A DNA stretch of 64,000 bases. It comes from Patescibacteria group bacterium (GTDB taxonomy: Bacteria; Patescibacteriota; Microgenomatia; Levybacterales; UBA12049). Below, one piece after another: positions 9,797 through 20,695 of the stretch. The first letter of the stretch is position 1. Every line of letters starts with the position of its first letter. The stretch is taken from positions 73,948 through 137,947 of the forward strand of contig JBBTVD010000006.1 of NCBI GenBank assembly GCA_038063415.1. Direction: 5' to 3'. The notes beneath the pieces were generated by a model that had not been told where the DNA came from, did not search any database, and worked only from the letters and a program-made list of their open reading frames with translations. The position numbers were made by a program, and so were the translations under genes.

Positions 9797-10588
9797 TTAT
9801 CCTCCATTCACAGACAACGATTTTTGCGCTTTATGAAAAACAAGAATAATCATCAAAAGAAAAAAGGATATCCAAAAAGCTTGTACGGTAAGAAGCGCCA
9901 CCCACTGCGAAGAAAAACTTGGATTAAACATTTGTGTTGCAAACATCGGTGCACCAAAGGGACTAACTGAAGCAAAAAACTGGACATTATCAGGGAGCAA
10001 AGCAATGGGGATATAAGCACCTCCCAAGATCATCACCGCTTTATCAACAATCCAAAAAAATGGTTCTGCATCATCTATCCAAAGAGCTGGTAGTGAAATA
10101 AGGATATAAAGACAAGCCGATACCAGTGTTCCTCCGAACATTAATAAAATTCCGCCAACAATCATTGATGTGTTCAATGAGACCTGTGGACCACCAGTCA
10201 ACAGAAGCAGTATCGGTACAGCAGTAAGTAAGCTAACCAGAAAAATTGGTAGTCCTTTACCAAGTTGCTCCCAAAACTTATAGAGTAAATACTGATATGG
10301 CTTATTCAAATGGACTTCAAGAATTCCTTGTTTGATCTCCGCACTAATGGTTCTAAAAATACCTCGAAACTGGGTAAATAACAAAATCTGATAGACTACG
10401 ATACTCCAGATAGCAACTGAGGCAGTAATGCCATTAACTGCCTCTCCTCTATACGAGAAAGCATAGCTATAGATCAGCAATAAGACAACTAAACGTGTCG
10501 GAACCAGTAGTGCCGTTGTCAGTAGCTGCTGTGGATAAACAAGCAATTCTCTTACCGCAACAAGAAAGATCCCTCCATATGCTCCCAT
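9797..10588 (-). CDS. ABC-2 type transporter permease (DUF990-like)
   Basis: Hydrophobic; ISAEIKQG-LNKP, LGGAYIP, C-terminal VNGG. Confidence 0.85.
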   Translation of the reverse strand: MGAYGGIFLVAVRELLVYPQQLLTTALLVPTRLVVLLLIYSYAFSYRGEAVNGITASVAIWSIVVYQILLFTQFRGIFRTISAEIKQGILEVHLNKPYQYLLYKFWEQLGKGLPIFLVSLLTAVPILLLLTGGPQVSLNTSMIVGGILLMFGGTLVSACLYILISLPALWIDDAEPFFWIVDKAVMILGGAYIPIALLPDNVQFFASVSPFGAPMFATQMFNPSFSSQWVALLTVQAFWISFFLLMIILVFHKAQKSLSVNGG

Positions 10589-10594
10589 AGATAG

Positions 10595-11590
10595 CTACAT
10601 CCCCTTCCCTTCATAAATTTCTCTTATTACTTCCTCAAGTGGAGGATCTTCGATAGTAATATCCGCAATACGTTTTCCTTGAATAACTTCTTTGAGGATC
10701 GTGTCAAGCGAAATTTGTGTTGTATCAACGGTAAATATTGCTTCTTTTTTATTATTTTTTTCACTGTGGACACCTTGCATCTTTAGATCAATTCCTTTCT
10801 CATTGCCATCGCCAAAAAGAATATGAATTACTTTTTTATTGAGGTACTCCTTTTTAAGCATGCTCGTATTCCCATCAAAGATTATCTTGCCATTATTAAC
10901 CACAATTGTCCGATCACAGACTGACTCAATATCCCCTGCATCGTGAGAAGTCAAAAAAATAGTGGTGTTAAAAGTCTTATTGATTTCATTCAAATTCTCA
11001 CGAAGGGTTCTTTTGGCGATCACATCTAGCCCAATTGTCGGCTCATCAAGAAAAATTATTGGAGGATTATGCAGGAGAGCTGCTGCAACTTCTGCACGCA
11101 TCCGCTGCCCCAGAGAAAGCTTGCGCACAGGTTGATCAATAATATCCTCAAGTTGGAAAAGAGAGATGATATGTTCTTTTTGCTTCTGATAGTTTTTTTC
11201 TTCGATGTTATAGACCTTGGCAAATAAATCAAACGAGTCACGAATGGGAAGGTTAAAAAGTAACTGTGACCGTTGACCAAATACTGTTCCAATGTTGTAT
11301 GCAAGTTCTTTACGATCATTTTGCGGATTAAGTCCAAGAACACTGACCTTGCCTGAAGTAGGGTATAAAATACCAGTAAGCATTTTAATTGTCGTTGACT
11401 TACCTGCACCATTTGGTCCGATAAAAGCAATTTTTTCTCCTGGTTCTACGATAAAAGAGATAGTATTTACTGCATTTACCGTTTTTTTTGCTGGGGCAAA
11501 AAGATTAGACCAGAATCCTTTTTTTGAATTTTTGATAGGGAAAGTAAATTGTTTGGTAAGTTGCTGGACAACAACAGCTTTATCATTCAT
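10595..11590 (-). CDS. ABC transporter ATP-binding protein
   Basis: Walker [10 protein letters not shown], signature LSLGQ, Walker B IFLDEPT, TSH. Confidence 0.95.
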   Translation of the reverse strand: MNDKAVVVQQLTKQFTFPIKNSKKGFWSNLFAPAKKTVNAVNTISFIVEPGEKIAFIGPNGAGKSTTIKMLTGILYPTSGKVSVLGLNPQNDRKELAYNIGTVFGQRSQLLFNLPIRDSFDLFAKVYNIEEKNYQKQKEHIISLFQLEDIIDQPVRKLSLGQRMRAEVAAALLHNPPIIFLDEPTIGLDVIAKRTLRENLNEINKTFNTTIFLTSHDAGDIESVCDRTIVVNNGKIIFDGNTSMLKKEYLNKKVIHILFGDGNEKGIDLKMQGVHSEKNNKKEAIFTVDTTQISLDTILKEVIQGKRIADITIEDPPLEEVIREIYEGKGM

Positions 11591-11690
11591 AATAGTTATT
11601 GTACCAGAAAAGGAGATAAATAAAGTTTAGTGTATAGTAAGTTTTCTTCTTGAATTTCGTACAGATAAGTAACTAAAATAAAGGGGAGCC

Positions 11691-13451
11691 ATGAGATGTA
11701 TATCAAAACAAACAGGGGGATATAAAGTTTATGCTGTAAGTGGTGTAAATACGATTTCGTTTGCGATTGATTTTGCTCATGCTGATACAAAAGGGCTCCT
11801 TGGTTTTGCTGTTGAGCGACTGGATTTACAAAATAATGAACGATATTTTGTCAAAGGTTTTAAAGTTTTTAAAGAGGTTGTCCAAAATCCTAATGAAAAT
11901 ACTGTCGTCAGTACATATGATCAACCTGTACAAAGTTTTGTTTGGGATGATTTTACGGCCAAACCAGACAATAAATATAGCTACTTCTTTTATCCGATAA
12001 AGGGTTCACCAAAAAAACTCGATAGATCTGCTCCACCCATTGAAATAACCGTACAAGCAGAACCTCTCTACAGCCAAACAGATGCTCATGATATTTTTTT
12101 TAACCGTGGCGTCGCGAGTAGTCAGGCCTATATTCGAAGATTCCACAACATTGCGCCTGATCAAGTGGCAGATTTTCAGAAGAAAAAAGAGATACTTTCC
12201 TGGTTAGCAAGGGATCTTGAAGACGCACTCATCGCATTTATTAACCAAGCACAAAAGGGAGATACCTTGCTTGCCTGCTTTTATGAATTCCGTTACAAAC
12301 CAGTCGCCGTTGCTTTTAAACAAGCAATCGATCGAGGAGTAACCGTCAACATACTTATTGATGCCAAAGAGAATAAAGAGAATTTTCCTCGGGATGACAA
12401 TCTCAAACTTATTAAAGAGGTAGGCATCCCTCAGAAATATATCAGCAAACGGACTGCCAATTCAGGAAAAATTCAACATAATAAATTTATCGTTTTTCTG
12501 AAAGGAAAAAGCAAAAAACCGACAGCTGTCTGGACTGGCTCGACAAATATCTCTATGGGAGGAATTTTTGGACAAACCAATGTCGGGCATTGGGTTCGAG
12601 ATACCAAAACAGCAAAACAATTTACCAAATACTGGGAACTATTGAGTACTGATCCTGGTGCATTATCTTCCGATACCCGAGAAGAAAAGATTAAAAAAAA
12701 CAAAGCATTTAAGAAAAAGGTTATTGCCCTCCAACAAGATATTTCTCCTGACGACTTATCAAACATTCCAGTAGGAGTAACACCAATCTTTAGTCCACGA
12801 ACCAATGTAACAATGCTGCATACCTATGCACACCTTCTTGATAGCGCGGATCATTATGCGGCAATTACGCTCGCTTTTGGGATAAATGATGCCTTTAAAA
12901 CGCTCCTTACTGACAACACCGCAAAAGATCAAATAACGTTTATGCTTTTGGAGAAGAAGGATAAACCTGTTCCAGGAAGTAAAAAGAAATTTACCTATCT
13001 GGGAGTACGTAACAATGTCTATCAGGCATGGGGTTCGTATATCAAAGATCCTCTGTATCAATGGACAAAAGAAGTAAATACACAACTACTTAAGCTCAAT
13101 AACCATGTCATGTATATACATTCAAAATTTCTTTTGGTTGATCCATTGGGAGAGACGCCGGTTATCGTTACCGGCTCTGCGAATTTTAGTAATGCCTCAA
13201 CGACTGACAACGACGAAAATATGCTTATAATCAAAGGCAATAAGCGGGTAGCAGATATTTATTTTACTGAGTTTAATCGTCTTTTCAATCATTATTATTT
13301 CCGTTCTATCTACGAAAGTCACAAAAAGAAGGACTATGCAAAAGACAGTAGTCTTTTTCTCTCACCAAATGATAGTTGGCTGAGTAAATACGAAAAAGGT
13401 AAACTGCGATACAAAAGAGTGATGATGTTCCGAAAAATTAAGCTGTCTTAG
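11691..13451 (+). CDS. Phospholipase D superfamily protein with two HxK motifs
   Basis: HNKFIV...WTGSTN and HSKFLLVD...TGSANFS...NDEN; SD-like AAGGGGAG upstream. Confidence 0.85.
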   Translation: MRCISKQTGGYKVYAVSGVNTISFAIDFAHADTKGLLGFAVERLDLQNNERYFVKGFKVFKEVVQNPNENTVVSTYDQPVQSFVWDDFTAKPDNKYSYFFYPIKGSPKKLDRSAPPIEITVQAEPLYSQTDAHDIFFNRGVASSQAYIRRFHNIAPDQVADFQKKKEILSWLARDLEDALIAFINQAQKGDTLLACFYEFRYKPVAVAFKQAIDRGVTVNILIDAKENKENFPRDDNLKLIKEVGIPQKYISKRTANSGKIQHNKFIVFLKGKSKKPTAVWTGSTNISMGGIFGQTNVGHWVRDTKTAKQFTKYWELLSTDPGALSSDTREEKIKKNKAFKKKVIALQQDISPDDLSNIPVGVTPIFSPRTNVTMLHTYAHLLDSADHYAAITLAFGINDAFKTLLTDNTAKDQITFMLLEKKDKPVPGSKKKFTYLGVRNNVYQAWGSYIKDPLYQWTKEVNTQLLKLNNHVMYIHSKFLLVDPLGETPVIVTGSANFSNASTTDNDENMLIIKGNKRVADIYFTEFNRLFNHYYFRSIYESHKKKDYAKDSSLFLSPNDSWLSKYEKGKLRYKRVMMFRKIKLS

Positions 13452-13818
13452 AGACGACCTCAGTTACTTTCTGAATGACCTCGTCAGGCGTAGTCCGCAC
13501 TTTGACGATATAATATGCAGGCTTTGCTTCAAGGATATCATGGAGTATTTGTCCAGTCGCATCCAGATTACTCAATACTATTACAGGAGTTGCTTTGCCC
13601 CACTCCGTTTGTCGAAGCCGCTTTAGAAGCTCCATTCCATCCATACCACCAGGCAGAAGAATATCCAAAAGTATCAAGTCTGGATGGACCTGTGAAGCTT
13701 GACTTAGACCTTCTTCTCCACTACTAGCAAGTGAGACATCATAGCCTGTATTCTTTAGCTTTTGTGAAAAAAGTGCTCGGATGGCATCGTCATCATCCAC
13801 AACTAATATACGTATCAT
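13438..13818 (-). CDS. Stand-alone response regulator receiver protein
   Basis: ILVVDDD, LILLDILLP, VLSN, YIVK; 126 aa with no output domain. Confidence 0.92.
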   Translation of the reverse strand: MIRILVVDDDDAIRALFSQKLKNTGYDVSLASSGEEGLSQASQVHPDLILLDILLPGGMDGMELLKRLRQTEWGKATPVIVLSNLDATGQILHDILEAKPAYYIVKVRTTPDEVIQKVTEVVSKTA

Positions 13819-13979
13819 ATAGGTATCCTATAAAACGCTCCATCAACTGAGAAGTACTGACGACTTCTTCATAAAGATGAAGGTATATCTTATCCTAACA
13901 TCTCTCTTCTCATCCCCGCAAGAGGTAGTAATGAGTTGCCATCTTTTGATACAGATGCTATCGTTATCCGAGAGTCCCT

Positions 13980-15608
13980 ATGAGAAAAAAATTCCTGGTC
14001 ACATTTGTTTTGTTAAGCATCATACTCCTTGGAGCATTTCTTCGTTTGCATGCAGTTTCTCCTTTTAAAATCTATCCTGATAGCTATCAAAGTCTCGTCG
14101 TGACACAAAATATCTTGACCTATCATAGTGTACTTGGCTATCTTGGCCCACAAGGGATGGTATATCCTGACTTCTTTAGTTGGACACGACCTGTCTATCC
14201 GCTCCTTATTATTTTGGGAATGTTCGTGAGTAACAACATGACACACGTTGCACAAACGATTGCCTTTCTTGCAGGACTTCTTGCTTTACCAGTAGCATTT
14301 CTGTTATGCAGCCTGATTGTTCCTCCGTCTAAAAATGACCTCCGTACGGTCATTTTTTGTGGCATTGCTGGAGCTTTTCTTTTGGCAGCCTCTTTTCATC
14401 ATACTATTTGGAGCGGATTTATCATGACAGATACCACCGGGATATTTTTTCTCTTTGTCTTTCTTGTTAGCTTCTTTTGGAATCTTCCTACACAGCATAG
14501 GTTACGAGACTTTTTGACTGGTATCTTTTTTGCTTTTGCGGTAATGACCCGTTATGAGTATGTAGTTCTCGTTCTCCCAGTAACAATTTTTCTGTTTCTC
14601 CAAAAAATACCTGTCTTTAGCAAACTTTTCTTTCTTTTCTTGGGTTTTACTGTCGTAGTAACGATTGTCATAGTAGCACTCTTCCCTGCTCAATCAATTG
14701 GAGCTATTCTCATTACACAATTGCAAGATTTTTTGCCATTTTTTCTCTTGAGCATCGTATTCCTTCCCATACTTATTAGTCTAACTCGACGCTTTCTAAA
14801 AAGGCTTACACAAGGATTATTTTATACCGTACTTCTTCTTTTTGCTGTCAGTTTTCTTAGCGAGGGTTTTCTTGGAATTCGGGCATTTATTTTACACGAT
14901 TTCCTCCTTATTTGCTTTTTTGTAGCGGGTAGTTTTCTTCTCCTTAAAAAGCAAACACCGCTTCTCTTTTTTGTGCTTCTTGCCGTTCTGACACTCGGAG
15001 CTACCTACTACCGAGTTAACCCGGCTATGGATCGCTACCTTACCCATGTCATCCCCTTCTTTCTTATCCCAGCCAGTTATGCTTTCAAAGAAATCTTCCT
15101 CACAAAAAAACCTTTCCTATGGGAAAAGTTAGTACGCATATTACTGATACTTCTCATACTCTTACAAATTTGCTTTACGTACCAAGGTCTTGGATATCTC
15201 CGTGACAATTCATGGTTTAAGATAGCGTATGAAGAAAAGGCGGCACATGATATAAAAAAATACGTACCCAAAAATACGTTGCTTATAACTTCACAACCAG
15301 AACCATACTTCACCGTATTACAGAGATCAACGCAAAGCATTACCAATACCTATCCTTATGTATTTCTCGACACGTTCCCAAAGAATCAGCAGATTATCAT
15401 TGTCGAAGATATGGGCATGCATGTCTACTTTCCCCAATTTAGCTCCTTCCTCAAAAAAAATATGCAAGACAAGAAGATTGCGGTATTGTGGATACATAAA
15501 AACTATCATTTTGGAGATAGTGTTTATAAAGAAAAATTTCCACTCATCATCTATCGTGCAACTATCGGAGAACTTCAGACAAAAACTGGACAAAAAAAAG
15601 ACAATTGA
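13980..15608 (+). CDS. GT-C fold membrane glycosyltransferase (ArnT/PMT-like)
   Basis: Multiple TM segments; LRL-YPDSY loop, RPVYPLL, TRYE, DRY motifs; soluble C-terminal tail. Confidence 0.7.
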   Translation: MRKKFLVTFVLLSIILLGAFLRLHAVSPFKIYPDSYQSLVVTQNILTYHSVLGYLGPQGMVYPDFFSWTRPVYPLLIILGMFVSNNMTHVAQTIAFLAGLLALPVAFLLCSLIVPPSKNDLRTVIFCGIAGAFLLAASFHHTIWSGFIMTDTTGIFFLFVFLVSFFWNLPTQHRLRDFLTGIFFAFAVMTRYEYVVLVLPVTIFLFLQKIPVFSKLFFLFLGFTVVVTIVIVALFPAQSIGAILITQLQDFLPFFLLSIVFLPILISLTRRFLKRLTQGLFYTVLLLFAVSFLSEGFLGIRAFILHDFLLICFFVAGSFLLLKKQTPLLFFVLLAVLTLGATYYRVNPAMDRYLTHVIPFFLIPASYAFKEIFLTKKPFLWEKLVRILLILLILLQICFTYQGLGYLRDNSWFKIAYEEKAAHDIKKYVPKNTLLITSQPEPYFTVLQRSTQSITNTYPYVFLDTFPKNQQIIIVEDMGMHVYFPQFSSFLKKNMQDKKIAVLWIHKNYHFGDSVYKEKFPLIIYRATIGELQTKTGQKKDN

Positions 15609-15840
15609 TCTATTACTATACATATTGCCATCTTGCATTAATCTCATTTTCTGATAAGCTTGTTTTTACTCCTAAATCCTCTATCGTCTACAAAGGCAGA
15701 TGGATGAAATACCACTTTTTTCATCTATCACGCATTATGAGATAGTTCGTTGTGAGAAAAACAAGAACTAAGTATTACAGACAATAAACAGACATTTAGT
15801 AGATTTCTAACACCGTTGTGTTGGGGAAATTTTTTGCAAA

Positions 15841-16887
15841 ATGAAACTTATTGTACAAATACCATGTCTAAATGAAGAAAAAACCTTGCCTTTGGTTGTC
15901 AATTCAATACCAAAGTATATCGATGGGATTGATGCTATTGAGATACTTATTATTGATGACGGCTCTACAGATAATACGTTATCTGTAGCAAAAAAACTTG
16001 GAGTGCAGCATGTCGTACGTCATACGAAAAACAAGGGGCTTGCGATTTCTTTTGCTGATGGGATTCATTATGCATTAGAAGTCGGAGCAGATATTATTGT
16101 CAATACTGATGCAGATAACCAATATCCACAAAAGGACATACCACGATTAATTCAACCAATCCTTAACAATCAAGCGGAGATTGTCATTGCCGATAGACAG
16201 ACAGCAAAAATACGTCATTTCTCACCACTAAAAAAGTTTTTACAAAAAGTAGGTTCTGGAATGGTACGGAAACTGTCTGGGACATCTGTTCCTGATGCGG
16301 TTTCAGGATTTCGAGCATATTCTCGTCAGGCAGCTCTTGAGCTCAATATTGTTACTGATTTTTCATACGTTATCGAAACCATTATCCAAGCCCAATACAA
16401 GCGAATAGCAATAGCAAGTATTCCTATTGAAACAAATCCACCAACCCGTAAATCTAGACTTTTTAAGAACATGTTCCAACATATTCGGCAGAGTACGGCA
16501 ACTATGATCAGAATTTATACGATGTATCGGACACTAACAGTTTTTATGATTGTTGGTTTTTCCATATGCGCTATCGGTTCATTGTTTGCTTTACGATTTC
16601 TTTACTTCTTCGTACTTGGGGAAGGAGCAGGCCATATTCAGTCACTCATCTTTTCTGCCATCTTAATCACCGTTGGGTTTCAAGTAATGATGACCGGACT
16701 TATCGGAGATATTATTGGCATCAATAGAAAGCTGCTTGAGAATATGTTACGTCGGGTGAAAAATATTGAGCTTTTGCACTATAAAAAACCACGAGTACGA
16801 GCACAAAGAAAAAATAATGGTAATGGCACTAAATTGCCGAGTTACCGAGATTCAAAATTGCAAAGACACTACACGATGCAACTCTAG
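15841..16887 (+). CDS. Glycosyltransferase family 2 (polyprenol-phosphate glycosyltransferase-like, C-terminal TMs)
   Basis: IPCLNEE, IDDGSTD, NKGLA, TDADNQY, DAVSGFRA. Confidence 0.92.
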   Translation: MKLIVQIPCLNEEKTLPLVVNSIPKYIDGIDAIEILIIDDGSTDNTLSVAKKLGVQHVVRHTKNKGLAISFADGIHYALEVGADIIVNTDADNQYPQKDIPRLIQPILNNQAEIVIADRQTAKIRHFSPLKKFLQKVGSGMVRKLSGTSVPDAVSGFRAYSRQAALELNIVTDFSYVIETIIQAQYKRIAIASIPIETNPPTRKSRLFKNMFQHIRQSTATMIRIYTMYRTLTVFMIVGFSICAIGSLFALRFLYFFVLGEGAGHIQSLIFSAILITVGFQVMMTGLIGDIIGINRKLLENMLRRVKNIELLHYKKPRVRAQRKNNGNGTKLPSYRDSKLQRHYTMQL

Positions 16888-16890
16888 TTT

Positions 16891-17949
16891 ATGAAAAATG
16901 ACATTCGTTTGCTCTATATTACAAGAAAATATCCACCTATGGTTGGGGGGATGGAGAGCATGAGCGCAGCTCTTGCAAAAGAATTTACTAAACAAGTGCC
17001 AACAACAGTAATCTCATGGGGGAAATCTCAAAAATATCTTCCTTATTTTATTTTTGTTGCCTTTATACGATCATGTATTATTATCCCAACGCAAAAAATT
17101 ACCCATATTCATATTGGTGATGGCTTACTTGCACCACTTGGATTACTTCTTAAATATTTTTTTAGTACTAAAGCATCAATTAGCATTGCCGGGTTAGATA
17201 TTACTTTTACTTTTCCAGGATATCAATTGATCATTCCCCGAGCGGTTGCAAAACTTGATCGTATTATCTGCATTAGTAACGCAACACTTGCTGAATGTCT
17301 TAAACGAGATATCCCACAAGAGAAATGTGTTGTTATCCCTTGCGGGATTTATGCAGATGACTGGAAGAAGCAGGCTTCTCGTGAGGACCTTACAAATATT
17401 ATTACACATGATGTCTCTAAGAAAAAAGTTATTGTTACTGTTGGACGTCTGGTAAAAAGAAAAGGGGTTTTATGGTTTCTTGAACAAGTTTTTCCACATC
17501 TACAAAGCAATGTTTTGTACCTCATTATAGGCGATGGGCCAGAGAGAAGAAATATTCAAGAATATATTGCCAAAATGCGTATACAAAAACGTGTATTTTT
17601 ACTCGGCAAAGTATCAGATGAAAATCTTAAAATTATCTACAACACAGCCGATGTATTTGTTATGCCAAATATCATCATTCCAGGGACAATAGAAGGTTTC
17701 GGGATAGTTGCTATTGAAGCATCTGCAGCGGGACTACCAGTCGTTGCTTCAAACTGTGAAGGTATCCAAGACGCTGTCATTCCTGGGAAAACAGGTGTGC
17801 TTGTTGATGCAATGGACAATAGAACCTTTGTCGAGACAATCAATCATCTGCCACAGTTTACAAAAGAGCACATACGACAAGAAACAAAAGCGCATTATTC
17901 CTGGAATGCTATTGGAAAAAACTACATAAGCAATTTTCAACAATTATAA
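16891..17949 (+). CDS. Glycosyltransferase family 4
   Basis: YPPMVGG, VGRLVKRKG, EGFGIVAIEA. Confidence 0.92.
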   Translation: MKNDIRLLYITRKYPPMVGGMESMSAALAKEFTKQVPTTVISWGKSQKYLPYFIFVAFIRSCIIIPTQKITHIHIGDGLLAPLGLLLKYFFSTKASISIAGLDITFTFPGYQLIIPRAVAKLDRIICISNATLAECLKRDIPQEKCVVIPCGIYADDWKKQASREDLTNIITHDVSKKKVIVTVGRLVKRKGVLWFLEQVFPHLQSNVLYLIIGDGPERRNIQEYIAKMRIQKRVFLLGKVSDENLKIIYNTADVFVMPNIIIPGTIEGFGIVAIEASAAGLPVVASNCEGIQDAVIPGKTGVLVDAMDNRTFVETINHLPQFTKEHIRQETKAHYSWNAIGKNYISNFQQL

Positions 17950-17954
17950 AAATT

Positions 17955-19064
17955 ATGTATACGAAAAATCTTACCGTTGGTGTTTTTACTCATGATTTCT
18001 TTCCCTTTATTGGAGGTCAAGGAAGACATATTTATCAAATGTATCAACAAAATCTATTACATAAAAAAACATCTATGGTTGTTTTTTCTCCTGCCAAAAA
18101 CTCATTACCAAATCATGTGCAACTCTTTCCGGAGACAGGAAGGAGTAAGCTTAAAAATATTGAATACTCATGGAAACTTAATAATATTTTTGAAAAATTG
18201 ATTGAGCAGTATAGGCTTGATTTAGTACACATTCATGGAGGACCGGGAGGGCTTTTCTTATTAAAAAAACTTTCAGTCCCTGTGGTATATACAACACATC
18301 ATACCTACTGGCAGCAATATAGCTATATTAGAACACAACGTTGGAAATACCTTTTATACGTTTTAGAAAAACAAAGCTATCGTTATGCTGACGAAATTAT
18401 TTGCGTCTCAACAGATACGCAACAAATACTCTCAAAATACTATCAAGTAGAAAAACCCTATCTGCATTATATCCCCAATGGTATTGAACAAAAAAATTCT
18501 ATTTTTGCAAATACCAACACGTATAAAAAAGCAAAAGATATCCTCTACGTTGGAAGGATAGACAAAAGAAAAGGTGTTGATTTTTTACTCAAAAGCATGG
18601 TTTCTGTTAATAAAATTGATCCAGATATTAGACTACATATTGTTGGAACAGGAAAAGACAAAGATGAACTTGAATACTTTAGTGTTCATTACAACTTACC
18701 GGTAACTTTTTATAATCATGTCTCTGACCAGGATTTGCAAAAAATTTATACAAAAGTCTCCGCACAGATCGTCCCTTCAATATTCGAAGGATTTGGCATT
18801 AGCATTCTTGAAGGGATGGCAAATGGGGTGCCTATTATAGCAACCAATGTTGATGGAATACGAAGTATTGTAAAACATAATTATTCGGGCATACTGGTCC
18901 CCTACAATGATCATGATGCGCTTGCCGACGCAATTGTTTATTTACTGGCAAATAGCAGTATTCAAAAGCAACTACTCACTAACGCGTATCGCGAGTTACC
19001 AAAATATAACTGGCAAAAAAGTTATTTCCAGACGGTACAGCTTTATGAAAAAATTATCCACTAA
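17955..19064 (+). CDS. Glycosyltransferase family 4
   Basis: FFPFIGG, IPNGI, VGRIDKRKG, EGFGISILEG. Confidence 0.92.
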   Translation: MYTKNLTVGVFTHDFFPFIGGQGRHIYQMYQQNLLHKKTSMVVFSPAKNSLPNHVQLFPETGRSKLKNIEYSWKLNNIFEKLIEQYRLDLVHIHGGPGGLFLLKKLSVPVVYTTHHTYWQQYSYIRTQRWKYLLYVLEKQSYRYADEIICVSTDTQQILSKYYQVEKPYLHYIPNGIEQKNSIFANTNTYKKAKDILYVGRIDKRKGVDFLLKSMVSVNKIDPDIRLHIVGTGKDKDELEYFSVHYNLPVTFYNHVSDQDLQKIYTKVSAQIVPSIFEGFGISILEGMANGVPIIATNVDGIRSIVKHNYSGILVPYNDHDALADAIVYLLANSSIQKQLLTNAYRELPKYNWQKSYFQTVQLYEKIIH

Positions 19065-20694
19065 ATCTATCTTGCAATTCATGCTGATAGTCCTTCTTCT
19101 TTGTTTTTTTGGTGTGCTCTATTCACAAACGACTCTTACACTACCATTATTTGGTGATGCTACCATCCATGGAGCAAATGCTATCGACGTACTTATAAAG
19201 GGGTGGACAGGGCTCGAAGCGGAATATCCAGCATTTTATTCATATACAATGGCATTATTCTATCCTTTTTTTGGAGAGAAAGGATTTAATATGATACCAT
19301 TTATTGGTTTCATCTTTTTATTAGGTGGCACTTTTCTTTTTATTCGACAGCTCACCAAAAATTATTACTTGGGACTTCTTTCTATTATCCTGGTTGGCTG
19401 TTCACCAAAAATTATTTTTTATAGTGCTCGTATGTATCAGGAGATACTCATTGGGGCTTTTTTTATTTTCTGCATTTATCTTTTGTTTCATTATGTAGAA
19501 ACAAAAAAAAGAATCTTTTTGATTTTACTCGCTTTTTTTGTTGGCATAACCTTATCAATAAAACAACAAGGTCTTTTTATCTTATATCCAACAATTATTC
19601 TTTTTTTTATCATCTACTTTTTAAAAGAAAAAATATTTCGCAAACAGATTGCAAATATTGCAATAATTATTCTTTTCCCTCTCGTAATCGGAATGGGATT
19701 TTATGGTGTACTCTTTCATACAACAGGAAAGTTGCAACCAGGAAGTAATGAATTTACTGCACTTGAAGTAATTAATACTTTCGGGCAAAAACTCTTTTCT
19801 TATCAAAAAAAAGATTCTGATACAGGGGATGAAACATTAGAAAGAGCCTTGATGACTGTAGAAACAAAATATAGCAAATTGGCCTTTAAACGTGCTGAAG
19901 AGAGACATATTTGGCCCACAGATGTCTTTACTGATTTTGATAGATTTAATCAAGCAAATAATCTGTATATCCCTTTTCAAGGCATCACGGGAAACATTTT
20001 TGTTACCCTTGCCTTATGCATAGGACTGATTGGAGGATTTATTTATTGTCTTTTTCACTACAAAAAGTATCAAGATTTACTTCTTTTTTCTTTTGTTTTT
20101 CTACCAATTAATTATCTCCTTTTTGTGAGAAATAGTGATCAACAACGTTATCATTTATTTGTCCCAATTTTTCTTCTTGCTTTCGTTTTAGTTTTTTTTC
20201 AAATTATTTTTCGCCGTCTCCATGTACCAATTACCACTACATTACTGATAACAATACCCCTTATGCTACTCCTTTTCCTTCCATTACTTGTCCCACGAAT
20301 ACTTCTTAATACCAGATGGAGTAATTCACAACTATACTCTCCAAGTGAAGGTGGTATTGCGTCAATAAAAGAAGCCGGGCAATGGATGCAAAAAAAGTCA
20401 AATCCTACAACAATAGTTGGACAACAATGTAATAATGAGACGCATTATTATTTCCAAAGACCTGTGGTTGGTGACTGGCGGATATACTTTCTTGATCCAA
20501 AAAATTTACAGACATATTTCATGAATAAAAATATTTCTTATTATGTTATCTATACCTCACAAATAGTAAAAGATAATGAATGGGTAATTATTTGTTGGGT
20601 GCCTGAAAGTTTTTATAAACGAATGGAAGAAAATTATGATCGTGTTTATACAACACAGAGTGAAGATGTGATCATTTATCAAGTACATCATTAG
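19045..20694 (+). CDS. GT-C fold (GT39-like) membrane glycosyltransferase
   Basis: Multi-TM; GDATIH, YPAFY, SIKQQG, QRYH. ATG at 19045 overlaps the upstream gene end and is preferred over the longer ORF start. Confidence 0.7.
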   Translation: MKKLSTKSILQFMLIVLLLCFFGVLYSQTTLTLPLFGDATIHGANAIDVLIKGWTGLEAEYPAFYSYTMALFYPFFGEKGFNMIPFIGFIFLLGGTFLFIRQLTKNYYLGLLSIILVGCSPKIIFYSARMYQEILIGAFFIFCIYLLFHYVETKKRIFLILLAFFVGITLSIKQQGLFILYPTIILFFIIYFLKEKIFRKQIANIAIIILFPLVIGMGFYGVLFHTTGKLQPGSNEFTALEVINTFGQKLFSYQKKDSDTGDETLERALMTVETKYSKLAFKRAEERHIWPTDVFTDFDRFNQANNLYIPFQGITGNIFVTLALCIGLIGGFIYCLFHYKKYQDLLLFSFVFLPINYLLFVRNSDQQRYHLFVPIFLLAFVLVFFQIIFRRLHVPITTTLLITIPLMLLLFLPLLVPRILLNTRWSNSQLYSPSEGGIASIKEAGQWMQKKSNPTTIVGQQCNNETHYYFQRPVVGDWRIYFLDPKNLQTYFMNKNISYYVIYTSQIVKDNEWVIICWVPESFYKRMEENYDRVYTTQSEDVIIYQVHH

Positions 20695-20695
20695 T

